Of a stretch of DNA of 64,000 bases, positions 36,901 to 45,779 are shown one piece after another; within the stretch, counting starts at the first letter, position 1; the number at the start of each line of letters is the position of its first letter. Under the pieces are notes generated by a model. That model searched no databases, was not told where the DNA came from, and worked only from the letters and a program-made list of their open reading frames with translations. Origin of the DNA: Sphingomonadaceae bacterium. Lineage in GTDB: Bacteria > Pseudomonadota > Alphaproteobacteria > Sphingomonadales > Sphingomonadaceae. Location of the stretch: assembly GCA_032249695.1 (NCBI GenBank), contig JAVVHE010000012.1, positions 14,647 through 78,646 on the forward strand, written 5' to 3'. A program made the position numbers and the translations under genes.

Positions 36901-39868
36901 CGGCGGCTTCTACGCGTTCGACAACACCGTCGAGACCAAGCGCCTGAAGGCCGATTGCAGCGCGACGAGCGACGCCCGGGGTTATGCCACCTGCCGCATC
37001 GACGCGGGCGTGTCGGGCGAGGTGATCGCGCTCGCGACCGTCAAGGACCGCGACGGCCACGCTGCACGCGCGTCGACGCAGCTCTATCTCGCCGGCGGGG
37101 ACGACTGGTGGTTCGGCGGCGACAATGGCGACCGCATGGACGTGCTGCCCGAGCGGCCCGAATACGCGACCGGCGAGACCGCCAGGCTGCAGGTGCGCAT
37201 GCCCTTCCGCCACGCGACCGCGCTGGTGACGATTAGCCGCGACGGCGTGATGGACAGCTTCGTGACCGAGCTGGACGGTCGCGAGCCGGTGATCGACGTT
37301 GCGATGAAGCCCGGCTGGTCGCCCAATATCTATGTCAGCGTAATGGCCGTGCGCGGGCGTGTCAGCGGCTGGCGGCTGTGGCTGGCGAACCTTGCGCGCG
37401 AGTGGGGCCTGCCCGATTGGCTCGCCCCGCGCGAGGCGCACGCGCCCACCGCGCTCATCGATCTCGCCAAGCCCGCCTACCGGCTGGGGATCGCCAAGAT
37501 CCGCGTCGGCTGGGACGAGCACCGGCTGGCGGTGAAGGTGAGGCCAGCCGCGCAGCGTTATGCGGTGCGGCAGATGGCCGACGTCGGCATCGAGGTCGCG
37601 CCGCCGAGGGGCGCGGCGCTGCCGACGGGTGCCGAGATCGCGGTTGCAGCCGTCGACGAAGCGCTTCTGGACTTGAAGCCAAACGAAAGCTGGGACGTGC
37701 TGACGCCGCTGATGGCGCAGCAGCCGACCTATGTGTTCTTTTCGACCGCGCAGTCGCAGGTGGTCGGCAAGCGCCATTATGGCCGCAAGGCGGTCGCCGC
37801 GGGTGGGGGCGGCGGCACGGGCGGAACGCCGCCGCGCGCCGACTTCAAGCCGCTGTTGCTGTGGGCGGGCTCGGTGCCATTGGACGCGAACGGGCGCGCC
37901 TCGATCCGCGTGCCGCTGAATGACAGCCTGTCCTCGTTCCGCGTGGTGGCGGTCGCGACGGCTGGCGCGGGGCTGTTCGGCACCGGGGCGGCGACCATTG
38001 CGACGACGCAGGACCTGATCCTGCTTTCGGGCCTGCCGCCGCTGGTGCGCACGGGCGACGTGTACGACGCGCCGGTGACGATCCGGAACACAACCGGCCG
38101 TGAGCTGAAGGTGCGGCTGACCGCGCGGGCGGGCACCGCGCTGCTGCCGCCGCAGAACGTCCTGCTCAATCCGCGCGAGAACCGCACGCTCAGCTGGCGC
38201 GTCGCGGCGCCCGGCGACGAGGGCGAGGTGCGCTGGAGCTTTGCAGCGCAGGCGGGCGCGGCGGCGGACCGGCTCGAGGTGGCGCAGACGGTGCGCGCGG
38301 CGGTGCCGGTGCAGACGCTCGCGGCGACGTTCGTGCAGGTGAACGGGCAGACGAGCGTGCCCGTCGCTCCGCCCGCCGACGCGCTGCCGGGGAAGGGCGG
38401 GGTGCAGGTGGCGCTGTCAGCAAGCATCGGCGGCGACCTTGCGGGTGCCAAGGATTTCATGCGGCGCTATCCGTATGACTGCTTCGAGCAGGACGCCTCG
38501 CGCGCGGTGGTGCTGAGCGACCGCGCGGCGTGGGACCGGCTGATGCTGAAACTGCCGCGATATCTGGACGGCACCGGGCTGGTGCGCTTCTTCCCGGCGG
38601 ACTGGGTGCGCGGTGACGACAGCCTGACGGCCTACATCCTGACGCTGTCGGCCGGCAGCGGCTGGCCGATCCCCGACGACCCGCGCGGCAAGATGGTCGC
38701 CGCCCTGAAACGCGTGATCGGCGGCGGCGGGAGCAGCCATGAGGACGTGCTGGTGGTGGAGAAGGGCCGGGGCATCGTCGGCCGCGCCAATCTGGCGGGC
38801 GATCTGGCGCTGCGGCGCGTGGCGGCGCTGGCCGCGCTCGCCGAGGCGGGCGAGGCGTCGGCGGCGATGCTCGATACCGTCGCGGCGGACCCGAATGCGT
38901 GGCCGACCTCCACCGTCGCGCAGTGGCTGGCGGCGCTCAACCGGCTGGAGCCGGGCGGCGCGCGTGCGGCGGCGGCGAGCGCGGTCTTGCGCGCGCGGCT
39001 GGACAGCCAGGGCTCGGCGCTGGTGCTGGCGCGGCGCGATCAGCTGTGGTGGCTGCTGGGATCGGGCGACGGCACGGCGGCGCGCGTGCTGCTCGCAGCG
39101 GTGCCCCGTCGCGAGTGGGCCGCCGATGTGCCGCGCGTGGCGCGCGGGCTGATCGTGCGCACGCGGCGCGGGGGGTGGGATACGACGGTTGCGAACGCGC
39201 TGGCGACGATCGCGCTGAAGCGGTTCGGCGAGCGGTTTGAGCGCGGGCCGGTCGGCGGGCGGACGCTGGTGGCGCTCGGCGGCTCCGCCCCGGCCGCGGT
39301 GCTCTGGCCCGATCCACGGCCGGTCGCTCTGCCGTGGGGCAACGGCGCGGAACCGCTGGTGCTGAAGCACGAGGGCACCGGTGCACCGTGGGCGGTGGTG
39401 AGCGCGCGGGGCGCGGTGCCGCTGAAGGCGCCCGTCCAGTCCGGCTTTGCGGTCCGGCGCACGGTCACGGCGGTCAGCCGCAAGACCGACGGCGTATGGA
39501 CGCGGGGCGACGTGATGCGCGTGCGCGTCGAGGTCGATACGCGTGCCGACGCCAACTGGACGGTGATCGACGACCCCGTGCCAGCGGGCGCGACGATCCT
39601 GGGTGGTGGGCTGGGCGGCCGCTCGGAGATCCTCGACAGCGAAGGCGCCAGCCGTCCGGACGGCCCGCAGCCCGCCTATGTCGAGCGCAAGCAGGGGGCA
39701 ACGCGCGCGTATTTCGACTGGGTTCCGCGCGGCCGGATCGTTCACGAATATACGTTGCGCCTCGGCACCGCGGGCCGCTTCGCACTGCCGCCGACCCGCG
39801 TCGAGGCGATGTACGTGCCGGGCACCATCGCGCTCATACCGAACGCGGCGATCGAGGTGCGGCCGTGA
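33992..39868 (+). CDS. Bacterial alpha-2-macroglobulin family protein (thioester type)
   Basis: 1958-aa ORF with the thioester motif YPYDCFEQ (CFEQ codons 38480-38491). The N-terminal hydrophobic segment is [13 protein letters not shown]. It is followed directly by pbpC. Confidence 0.9.
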   Translation: MRRTDGLAVRRGFTTFHRSASDASTPFYRILPLRAGLLRKALLTCALALLAAAEGPPRVETVSPSGSVAGPEQVRIRFSQPMVALGDPRAPAPASVSCGQGTGRWVDTREWAFDFSEALAGGLRCRVQLADGLKTLAGTALEGQRSFGFDTGGPTLLHSAPASDSGRVAEDQVFALALNAQPTAQSVAANARCIIEGVGEQVPFDPLSEADSRALVANAARNYELRSFLERAGWLEPRYPQDGGEPGPRRKLPLLFGQCRRTLPPKARVVVQWGAGIASASGLATGKPVAISVQVRAPFVARFSCSRVSPAAACSPVEPMRVEFGEQVPFEAAMQARLIALDGTAIEPVKPERREPLLSAIEFKGPFPEKMSYRVTLAPGLRDVTGRALANAARFPLTVRTDEAPPLVKFAGTFGIIEAEEGGVLPVTMRNVEPAVGGRVQAVAGRALRLGQSDGEIADWVRRLDRAEEHTHIDEPIAGMKDEDGEPATRRIETTRSTPLIPAAAPTRALSVPKPGGAQAFEVVGIPLKSPGFYVVELASPRLGSALLGPGRTRYVATGALVTNLSVHFAWGVGSSLAWVTRLSDAQPVVGALVRVTDSCTGRLIAEGRTGPGGRLQVQGLPEPDGYGSCEGSSHPLMVSARAGDDMSFTLTSWNRGIQPGDFHLDQGYGARDPVQTHTVFDRTLIRAGETIHMKLLVRARSDKGFALPPGGDATLIIAHEATDAKWTLPVKLGAQGAALAEWTAPKEAALGTYRVTLDGRPAGEFQVEEFRLPTMRAEVRGPGKPLVAPKVAPLDLTLAYFSGGAASGAAVTVRSRVETRSIDLPDYPGFSWSADRIVEGVRPASMDGDDGDGAPAEQLRANVTPVALDADGRAQVDAPVAAAVEQPSALVAEMDYEGANGERRTARTRVPLEPAGLRVGIRTDGWLMKADDVRLKLAVLDLAGRPLGGQHVDVALYSRETYSYRKRLIGGFYAFDNTVETKRLKADCSATSDARGYATCRIDAGVSGEVIALATVKDRDGHAARASTQLYLAGGDDWWFGGDNGDRMDVLPERPEYATGETARLQVRMPFRHATALVTISRDGVMDSFVTELDGREPVIDVAMKPGWSPNIYVSVMAVRGRVSGWRLWLANLAREWGLPDWLAPREAHAPTALIDLAKPAYRLGIAKIRVGWDEHRLAVKVRPAAQRYAVRQMADVGIEVAPPRGAALPTGAEIAVAAVDEALLDLKPNESWDVLTPLMAQQPTYVFFSTAQSQVVGKRHYGRKAVAAGGGGGTGGTPPRADFKPLLLWAGSVPLDANGRASIRVPLNDSLSSFRVVAVATAGAGLFGTGAATIATTQDLILLSGLPPLVRTGDVYDAPVTIRNTTGRELKVRLTARAGTALLPPQNVLLNPRENRTLSWRVAAPGDEGEVRWSFAAQAGAAADRLEVAQTVRAAVPVQTLAATFVQVNGQTSVPVAPPADALPGKGGVQVALSASIGGDLAGAKDFMRRYPYDCFEQDASRAVVLSDRAAWDRLMLKLPRYLDGTGLVRFFPADWVRGDDSLTAYILTLSAGSGWPIPDDPRGKMVAALKRVIGGGGSSHEDVLVVEKGRGIVGRANLAGDLALRRVAALAALAEAGEASAAMLDTVAADPNAWPTSTVAQWLAALNRLEPGGARAAAASAVLRARLDSQGSALVLARRDQLWWLLGSGDGTAARVLLAAVPRREWAADVPRVARGLIVRTRRGGWDTTVANALATIALKRFGERFERGPVGGRTLVALGGSAPAAVLWPDPRPVALPWGNGAEPLVLKHEGTGAPWAVVSARGAVPLKAPVQSGFAVRRTVTAVSRKTDGVWTRGDVMRVRVEVDTRADANWTVIDDPVPAGATILGGGLGGRSEILDSEGASRPDGPQPAYVERKQGATRAYFDWVPRGRIVHEYTLRLGTAGRFALPPTRVEAMYVPGTIALIPNAAIEVRP

Positions 39869-39879
39869 CAGGGGAAGGT

Positions 39880-39904
39880 CCTCCCCGGTCTCGGATTGGG
39901 GAGG
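39880..39904. repeat. Hairpin CCTCCCC-N11-GGGGAGG (REP-like core)
   Basis: Perfect 7-bp stem, 12 nt after the A2M stop. Confidence 0.6.
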
Positions 39905-39921
39905 GCGACGATGGGCGGCAT

Positions 39922-39993
39922 GGTCAAGGGGCGCGGCGGCCGGGTGTCTGGACCATCCACGCCGCCCGCGCGCCGCGCCTGCGCCCCTTGACC
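39922..39993. repeat. 13-bp perfect inverted repeat GGTCAAGGGGCGC ... GCGCCCCTTGACC (46-nt spacer)
   Basis: Arms lie at 39922-39934 and 39981-39993. The right arm contains the candidate pbpC TTG start. Confidence 0.65.
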
Positions 39994-42120
39994 ACCCGGC
40001 TGCACCGGGCGGTTCCCTTTCCCAAGCCCAGCCTCGGACGAAGCTTGGGCATCCTCGCCCTTGCAGCGAGCGCATGGCTTGTGTGGCGGACGACGCCGCC
40101 CGAGCTTCCGTCCTACGCCGACGCGCGTGCCGCCTGGGTGCCGTCGGACGCGCTCCTGCTCGATCGCCGAGGCCAGGAACTCGGCCGCGTGCGGATCGAC
40201 TACGGCGCTCGGCGCGGCGACTGGCTGCCGCTCGCTACGGTGTCGCCCGCGCTCGGCACCACGCTGATCGCCGCCGAGGACCGGCGCTTCCGGCAGCACC
40301 ACGGCGTCGACTGGCGCGCCATCGGCGGCGCGATCAACGCGCGGCTGACGGGCGGCGCGCATCCGCGCGGGGCCTACACGCTGTCGATGCAGCTCGCCGC
40401 GCTCCTCGCGCCCGAGCTGGGCGGAGCGGGGCGGCGGACGCTCCTCCAGAAGATCGCGCAGGGTCGCGCAGCGCTCGCACTCGAACGCGGCTGGAGCAAG
40501 GACCAGATCCTCGAAGCCTATCTGAACCTCGCCCCCACGCGCGGCGAGCTCATTGGACTCGACGCAACCGCGCGCACGTTGTTCGGGACGGGCGCCGCTG
40601 GCCTCACCGCGCCGCAGGCGGCCGCCTACGTCGCGCTGCTGCCCGCGCCCGGCGCGTCGCCCGCCGTGCTCCGGCGCCGAGCGTGCCTCACCGCCCGGCG
40701 CGCCGGGACCGACTGCGCCGCCGCGGAGCTCGCCACGCTCTCGATGCTCGGCGGGCCGCCGCGCCGCGACGCTGCGGCGCTTGCGCCGCAGCTTGCAGCC
40801 AAGTTGCTCCAGCGCGGCCAGCGCGCGCTGCACACCACGCTCGATGCGCGCGTGCAGATGCTCGCCGCTTCGGCGCTGTCGCGGCGCCTTGCCGAGCTCG
40901 ATCCGGCGAACGCGCGCGACGGCGCCGCGATCGTCGTCGACAACGCCAGCGGCGAGGTGCTCGCCTATGTCGCGTCGGCGGGGCCGTTCAGCCGCTCGGC
41001 GGCGGTCGATGGAGCCGATGCGCCGCGCCAGGCGGGATCGACGCTGAAACCATTTCTCTACGCCCGCGCGATCGACCGGCAGCTGCTGACCGCGGCGTCG
41101 ATCCTCGACGATTCGCCCGTCCACCTCGAGACTGCGTCGGGCCTCTACATGCCGCAGGATTATGACCGCCAGTTCCGCGGCCCGGTGTCGGTGCGCTCGG
41201 CCTTGGGCAACAGCCTCAATGTGCCCGCGGTGCGCGCGCTGATGCTGGTCGGCGTCGACGATTTCCGCGACCTGCTGGTCGACAGCGGCTACCGCCACCT
41301 GACCGAGGAGGGCGAGTTCTACGGTTACAGCCTTGCGCTCGGATCTGCCGAGGTGACGCTCTTGGAGCAGGCTGCGGCCTACCGCGCGCTCGCCCGCGGC
41401 GGGCTCGCGGGCCCGCTGCGCCTGACGCCCGGACCGCGCGGCGTGGACAGGCGCGTGTTCAGCGCCGGGGCGGCTGGGATCGTCGCCGACATGATGGCCG
41501 ACCCCGCCGCGCGCGAGGCGACGTTTGGTGCCAATTCGGCGATCGCGCTGCCCTTCTGGGCTGCGGTCAAAACCGGCACCTCCAAGGCCATGCGTGACAA
41601 TTGGTGCGTCGGCTTCACCACTCGCTTCACGGTCGCGGTATGGGTCGGCAATTTCGAGGGCGAGTCGATGGCGAACGTTTCGGGCGTCACCGGCGCCGCG
41701 CCTGCATGGCGCGAGATCATGCTGGCGCTCCATGCCGGGTCGCCGCCCCCGCCACCCGACCGCCCGCGCGGGCTGGAACACTCGCCGGTTCGCTTTGCGC
41801 CCGCGATCGAGCCCGCGCGCGCCGAGTGGTTTCTGCCCGGCACCGCGGTCGCGACCGTTCGCCTCGCCGCCGCGCCGCAGCGCCCGCCGCGCATCACCAC
41901 GCCCGCCGACGGCGCACGGATCGCCCTTGATCCCGATATTCCGCGTTCGCGCCAGCGCATCGCGGTCGCGACCGAAGGCGCGCCGGCGGACGCGCGCCTG
42001 CTCGCCGACGGCCGCGTGCTCACCGGCCCGTTCTGGGCGCCCTCGCCCGGCCGTCACAGCCTCGCGCTCGCGGCGGCGGACGGTCGGTTGCTCGACCGCA
42101 TTCGGCTGGAGGTGCGCTAG
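39988..42120 (+). CDS. pbpC: Penicillin-binding protein 1C (bifunctional glycosyltransferase/transpeptidase-like)
   Basis: TM helix (LGILALAASAWLVW), GT51 motifs (...AAEDRRFRQHHGVDW...) and a transpeptidase region (...GSTLKPF..., ...KTGTSKAM...). The start is uncertain among GTG 39865 (GTGA overlap), TTG 39988 and TTG 40045. Confidence 0.85.
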   Translation: MTTRLHRAVPFPKPSLGRSLGILALAASAWLVWRTTPPELPSYADARAAWVPSDALLLDRRGQELGRVRIDYGARRGDWLPLATVSPALGTTLIAAEDRRFRQHHGVDWRAIGGAINARLTGGAHPRGAYTLSMQLAALLAPELGGAGRRTLLQKIAQGRAALALERGWSKDQILEAYLNLAPTRGELIGLDATARTLFGTGAAGLTAPQAAAYVALLPAPGASPAVLRRRACLTARRAGTDCAAAELATLSMLGGPPRRDAAALAPQLAAKLLQRGQRALHTTLDARVQMLAASALSRRLAELDPANARDGAAIVVDNASGEVLAYVASAGPFSRSAAVDGADAPRQAGSTLKPFLYARAIDRQLLTAASILDDSPVHLETASGLYMPQDYDRQFRGPVSVRSALGNSLNVPAVRALMLVGVDDFRDLLVDSGYRHLTEEGEFYGYSLALGSAEVTLLEQAAAYRALARGGLAGPLRLTPGPRGVDRRVFSAGAAGIVADMMADPAAREATFGANSAIALPFWAAVKTGTSKAMRDNWCVGFTTRFTVAVWVGNFEGESMANVSGVTGAAPAWREIMLALHAGSPPPPPDRPRGLEHSPVRFAPAIEPARAEWFLPGTAVATVRLAAAPQRPPRITTPADGARIALDPDIPRSRQRIAVATEGAPADARLLADGRVLTGPFWAPSPGRHSLALAAADGRLLDRIRLEVR

Positions 42121-42204
42121 GCCGCGCACGGGCTGCGGCGATCTGTCGGGTTTGTCATCGCAGCCTGCCACAATCCCGCCATCGGCGGTGCGTTTACACG
42201 CATC

Positions 42205-43008
42205 ATGCGCTGGTCAGTCGTCATTCCGTATTACAACGAGGCCTCGGGCATCGAGGCAACGCTGCGCTGCGCCGGCGAGCAGATGGGCGAAGCGTTCCGC
42301 CTGATCCTTATCGACAATGCGTCGACCGACGGATCCGAAGCGGTCTGCCGCCGTGTGATGGCGGACTATCCGCATGTCGAGGTCGAATATCTCCGCGAGG
42401 CTCGGCCCGGCCAGGTCCACGCGCTGAAGCGCGGGCTGGATGCGGTCCGCACCGAACTGGTCGCGATCTGGGACGCCGACACGCTCTATCCGCGCCACTA
42501 TCTGCGCCAGGCCGCGCTGTGTTTCGATCGCGGCGGGCCCGAGGTGGCGGCGGTGATGGCGTGGCTCGACAAAGGGGGCGAGGGCACCGTGCGCCGCCAG
42601 TTGAGCCGCGTGCACCGGCTGGTCGTTTCGCAGCTATGGCCGTGGCAGAACCATACCAGCGGCCCGGCGCAAACCTTCCGCACCGCGGCGCTGCGCGCGG
42701 CGGGGGGCTATGATCCAGCGATCTGGCCCTTCGTCATCAAGGATCACGAGCTGGTCAACCGCGTGCTGAAGCACGGCCGCCAGGTCTATCATCCGCAGCT
42801 CTGGTGCCGCTCTTCGGACCGGCGCAAGGACCGCAGCAATGTGCGCTGGACGCTCTGGGAGCGGCTGGTCTATCACCTGCATCCGTCGCGCAGCCGCGAC
42901 TGGTTTTTCAACGATTACTTGAAGCCGCGATTCGTGGCGCGCGGGCAGCTCGATACGAAACTGCGCGAGCGGGCATGGGAAGCCGCGGCTCGCGTGGCAT
43001 CGGCCTGA
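42205..43008 (+). CDS. Family 2 glycosyltransferase (soluble, 267 aa)
   Basis: Motifs VVIPYYNE, LILIDNASTDGS and WDADTLYP (DxD) are GT2 hallmarks. Confidence 0.8.
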   Translation: MRWSVVIPYYNEASGIEATLRCAGEQMGEAFRLILIDNASTDGSEAVCRRVMADYPHVEVEYLREARPGQVHALKRGLDAVRTELVAIWDADTLYPRHYLRQAALCFDRGGPEVAAVMAWLDKGGEGTVRRQLSRVHRLVVSQLWPWQNHTSGPAQTFRTAALRAAGGYDPAIWPFVIKDHELVNRVLKHGRQVYHPQLWCRSSDRRKDRSNVRWTLWERLVYHLHPSRSRDWFFNDYLKPRFVARGQLDTKLRERAWEAAARVASA

Positions 43009-43021
43009 AGCCCCGCGCTCG

Positions 43022-44020
43022 ATGATCGCGAGCGGGAACGCCGCACCGGCCGGAGCGGCCGGGGAAGGGATGCTGGCTGAGTTGACCCGCACGCGCTGGC
43101 AGACGGTGAGGGCGCGGGCGGGGGCAGCGCTCGCGTCGCCGCTGGCCGTGACGCTGTCGCGCTGGCTGTCGCCGGTCGTCGGCGCAGCGATGATCGGCGC
43201 GCTGATCTACCAGGCGTCCGATATCGGCTGGAGCACGATTGCCCGGGTCTTCCCGCGCAGCCCGTGGTTTTATCTCATCTTCGCTGCAGCCTATATCGGC
43301 CCGATCTTCACCGAGATGTCGATCTACAGGAAGCTGTGGCATCTGAACTGGACCGCCGCGCCGATGTTCTTCCGCAAGCGCGTGATGAACGAGGCGCTGT
43401 TCGGCTATTCGGGCGAGGCCTATGCCGTGTTCTGGGCGCGCGCCCGCGGCGTGCCGGGTGCTGCGGCGCTGGCGGCGGTTCGGGACATCAACATCCTGTC
43501 GGCCGCCATCGGCATCCTGTCGACGGTGATGCTTCTCGCGCTGACTCTGTTTCTCGCCGAGGGCGCGCGGCTGGCCAATGCCGCGGTGGCGTCCTCGGGC
43601 CCGGCGGTCGCGGTCGCGCTGATCGTGATGCTCGCGGCGCTGCTGGTCATCGCGCTGAAGCCGCGGCTGTTCAGCTTGCCGCGCTCCGCGCTCCTCTACG
43701 CGTCGGCGGTCCATGCCGGGCGGGTGGTGTTCAGCATCGCGACAACCGTCGGCATGTGGGCGATTGCGCTTCCCGGCTACAGCTGGGCGCTGTGGCTGAC
43801 GCTCGCTGCGTGGCGGGCGTTCTTCCAGCGCCTGCCGCTGGTGCCCAACAAGGACTTGCTGTTCGTGAACCTCGCCATCCTCGCGCTGACCGAACGCGGC
43901 GGCAAGGACGTCGCGGCGCTGCTGGCGTCGACCGCCGCACTAACGCTCGCCGCGCACGTCGTCAGCATGGTCGCCACCTCGCTCGTGCGTTCGCCGACGC
44001 GCGCGGTGGAGCTTCGCTGA
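43022..44020 (+). CDS. Polytopic (about 8 TM) membrane protein, possibly UPF0104/flippase-like
   Basis: Hydrophobic segments run throughout. It starts 13 nt after the GT2 stop, and its own stop overlaps the next ATG (TGATG). The family assignment rests on size and topology only. Confidence 0.7.
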   Translation: MIASGNAAPAGAAGEGMLAELTRTRWQTVRARAGAALASPLAVTLSRWLSPVVGAAMIGALIYQASDIGWSTIARVFPRSPWFYLIFAAAYIGPIFTEMSIYRKLWHLNWTAAPMFFRKRVMNEALFGYSGEAYAVFWARARGVPGAAALAAVRDINILSAAIGILSTVMLLALTLFLAEGARLANAAVASSGPAVAVALIVMLAALLVIALKPRLFSLPRSALLYASAVHAGRVVFSIATTVGMWAIALPGYSWALWLTLAAWRAFFQRLPLVPNKDLLFVNLAILALTERGGKDVAALLASTAALTLAAHVVSMVATSLVRSPTRAVELR

Positions 44021-44601
44021 TGCTGACGCTCGCCGTTCTCGCCGCCGCTGCCGCTGCCGCACAGCCCGCGCGCCCGCTGCCGCTGCGGCCCGCAGCTGCG
44101 CATGGCGCGCCGGGCCGATATCCCAGCCTGCCCGAGGTGACGACGAACGATCTTGCGCATTGCGCGGCCGGTCACCCGGGGCTTCAGGTGGAGATTACAG
44201 GCCTGAAGGCGCGCGACGGAGAAATCCGCATCGAGCTCTACCCCGATCACGATCCCGACTTCCTGTCGGACAAGGACAAGCTGATCTACGAAGGCAAGAC
44301 GTTCCGCCGGATCATCTTTCACCCCCCCGCCAGCGGTGCGGTGACCGGTTGCCTGCCCGTGCCCACACCCGGCCGCTATTCGGTGGCGATCATCCATGAT
44401 CGAACAGCCGACCGGCATTTCAACTGGCGGCAGGACGGGGTCGCCTTCCCGGGCAACCCGCGGCTCGGCCTTGGCAAACCCCCTGCGCGCAAGGCATGGG
44501 TCACGGTGGGAGAGGGAGTGACCAAGATCGCCGTGACGATGCAATATTACAATGGGTTCCTCAGCATGGGGCCCGTCAAAGACACCACGGACGACCGTTG
44601 A
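44020..44601 (+). CDS. DUF2141 domain protein with signal peptide
   Basis: Internal ATG of track ORF 43264..44601. It begins MLTLAVLAAAAAAAQP.. and carries ...GEIRIELYPD...IIHDRTADRHFNWRQDGVAFPGNP..., which is DUF2141-like. Confidence 0.7.
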   Translation: MLTLAVLAAAAAAAQPARPLPLRPAAAHGAPGRYPSLPEVTTNDLAHCAAGHPGLQVEITGLKARDGEIRIELYPDHDPDFLSDKDKLIYEGKTFRRIIFHPPASGAVTGCLPVPTPGRYSVAIIHDRTADRHFNWRQDGVAFPGNPRLGLGKPPARKAWVTVGEGVTKIAVTMQYYNGFLSMGPVKDTTDDR

Positions 44602-45779
44602 AGATCGTTGACATCGCGGAATTCTACTCGCCGACCGCGGGTGGGGTGCGGACCTATATCGACCAGAAGCTTGCTGCCGCCGCGACGCTGGGTGTCGACG
44701 TGATCGTCGTCGCGCCGGGCGCGACGGCCTCGACCGAGGAGCGGCACGGCGGTCGCGTGATCTGGGTGCCGTCGCAGCGGCTGGTGGCGGACGGCAACTA
44801 CCGGCTGTTCTGGAATTTCCGCCACATCCACGCGATCCTCGACGCCGAGAAGCCCGACGTCATCGAGGCGTCGTCGCCGTGGACTGCGGCGTGGATTGTC
44901 GCGGCGTGGCCCGGCCGCGCGATCAAATCGCTGTTCATGCACAGCGACCCCGTTGCCACCTATCCCTATCGCTGGTTCGGAAACCTGCTGTCGCAGCGGC
45001 GCATCGACCAGCTGTTCGCATGGTTCTGGGCGCATCTGCGCGCGCTCGACAAGCGTTTCGATGCGACGATCGTGTCAGGCGACTGGCTGGCGCGCCGCCT
45101 TTCGGACCGCGGCATGAAGGAACCGCTGGTTGCGCCCCTGGGTGTGGACGTGCGCGCCTTCGATCCGGCGCTGCGATCGCTCGATCTGCGGCGCGATCTG
45201 CTCGCCAAATGCGGGCTGGGCGAGGATGCGACGCTGCTAGTGGGTGTGGGCCGCCATCACCCGGACAAGCGCTGGCCCTTCCTGATGCGCGCGACGCAGG
45301 ATCCGCGCGTCGGCCGCCCGATCGGCCTCGTCATCTGCGGCGCGGGACTGAAGCGCGCGGGCGTGTGGGAAGCTGCGGCAAAGGCGGGGCATGTACACGT
45401 GACGGGGCGCGTGCCGCACGAAGCGCTCGCGCGCATCCTTGCGTCGGCCGACGGCCTCGTCCACGGCTCGGCGGCGGAAACCTTCGGTCTGGCGATCGCC
45501 GAGGGCATTGCAAGCGGTTGCCCGATCATCGTCCCGGATGCGGGCGGCGCCTTCGATCTCGCGCGGCCCGGTTTTGCCGAGATCTACAAGACCGCCGACC
45601 ACGATTCGGCGGTCGACGCTCTGCGCCGTTTCCTGTCGCGCGATCACGAGGCGATGCGGCAGGCCGCGATCGAGGCGAAACTGACGACACCGCACGGTCA
45701 TTTTGAGCGGCTGTTCGGGATTTATCGAGAGCTCGCCGCGCGCGCGGCGCTACGCCACGAGGCTGTCGTAGCGCACTAG
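44598..45779 (+). CDS. Family 4 (GT-B) glycosyltransferase
   Basis: TTG 44598 overlaps the DUF2141 stop (TTGA). The N-terminus is KIVDIAEFYSPTAGGVRTYI... and the C-terminal half is ...AAETFGLAIAEGIASGCPIIVPDAGG.... Confidence 0.8.
   Translation: MKIVDIAEFYSPTAGGVRTYIDQKLAAAATLGVDVIVVAPGATASTEERHGGRVIWVPSQRLVADGNYRLFWNFRHIHAILDAEKPDVIEASSPWTAAWIVAAWPGRAIKSLFMHSDPVATYPYRWFGNLLSQRRIDQLFAWFWAHLRALDKRFDATIVSGDWLARRLSDRGMKEPLVAPLGVDVRAFDPALRSLDLRRDLLAKCGLGEDATLLVGVGRHHPDKRWPFLMRATQDPRVGRPIGLVICGAGLKRAGVWEAAAKAGHVHVTGRVPHEALARILASADGLVHGSAAETFGLAIAEGIASGCPIIVPDAGGAFDLARPGFAEIYKTADHDSAVDALRRFLSRDHEAMRQAAIEAKLTTPHGHFERLFGIYRELAARAALRHEAVVAH

Noticed and set aside
34046-37777. 1243-aa minus-strand ORF
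   Set aside because: It is antisense to the alpha-2-macroglobulin gene. The translation is Arg/Ala/Gly-rich low complexity, a typical shadow ORF in high-GC DNA. The same applies to 39742..42171(-), 20017..22146(-), 3476..5248(-), 61115..62506(-), 46501..47973(-), 51385..52797(-) and similar ORFs.
18810-39993. The recurring GC-rich palindromes as a CRISPR-like array
   Set aside because: The copies are kilobases apart, differ in sequence and length, and lack regular spacing. They are dispersed REP-like hairpins, not a CRISPR array.
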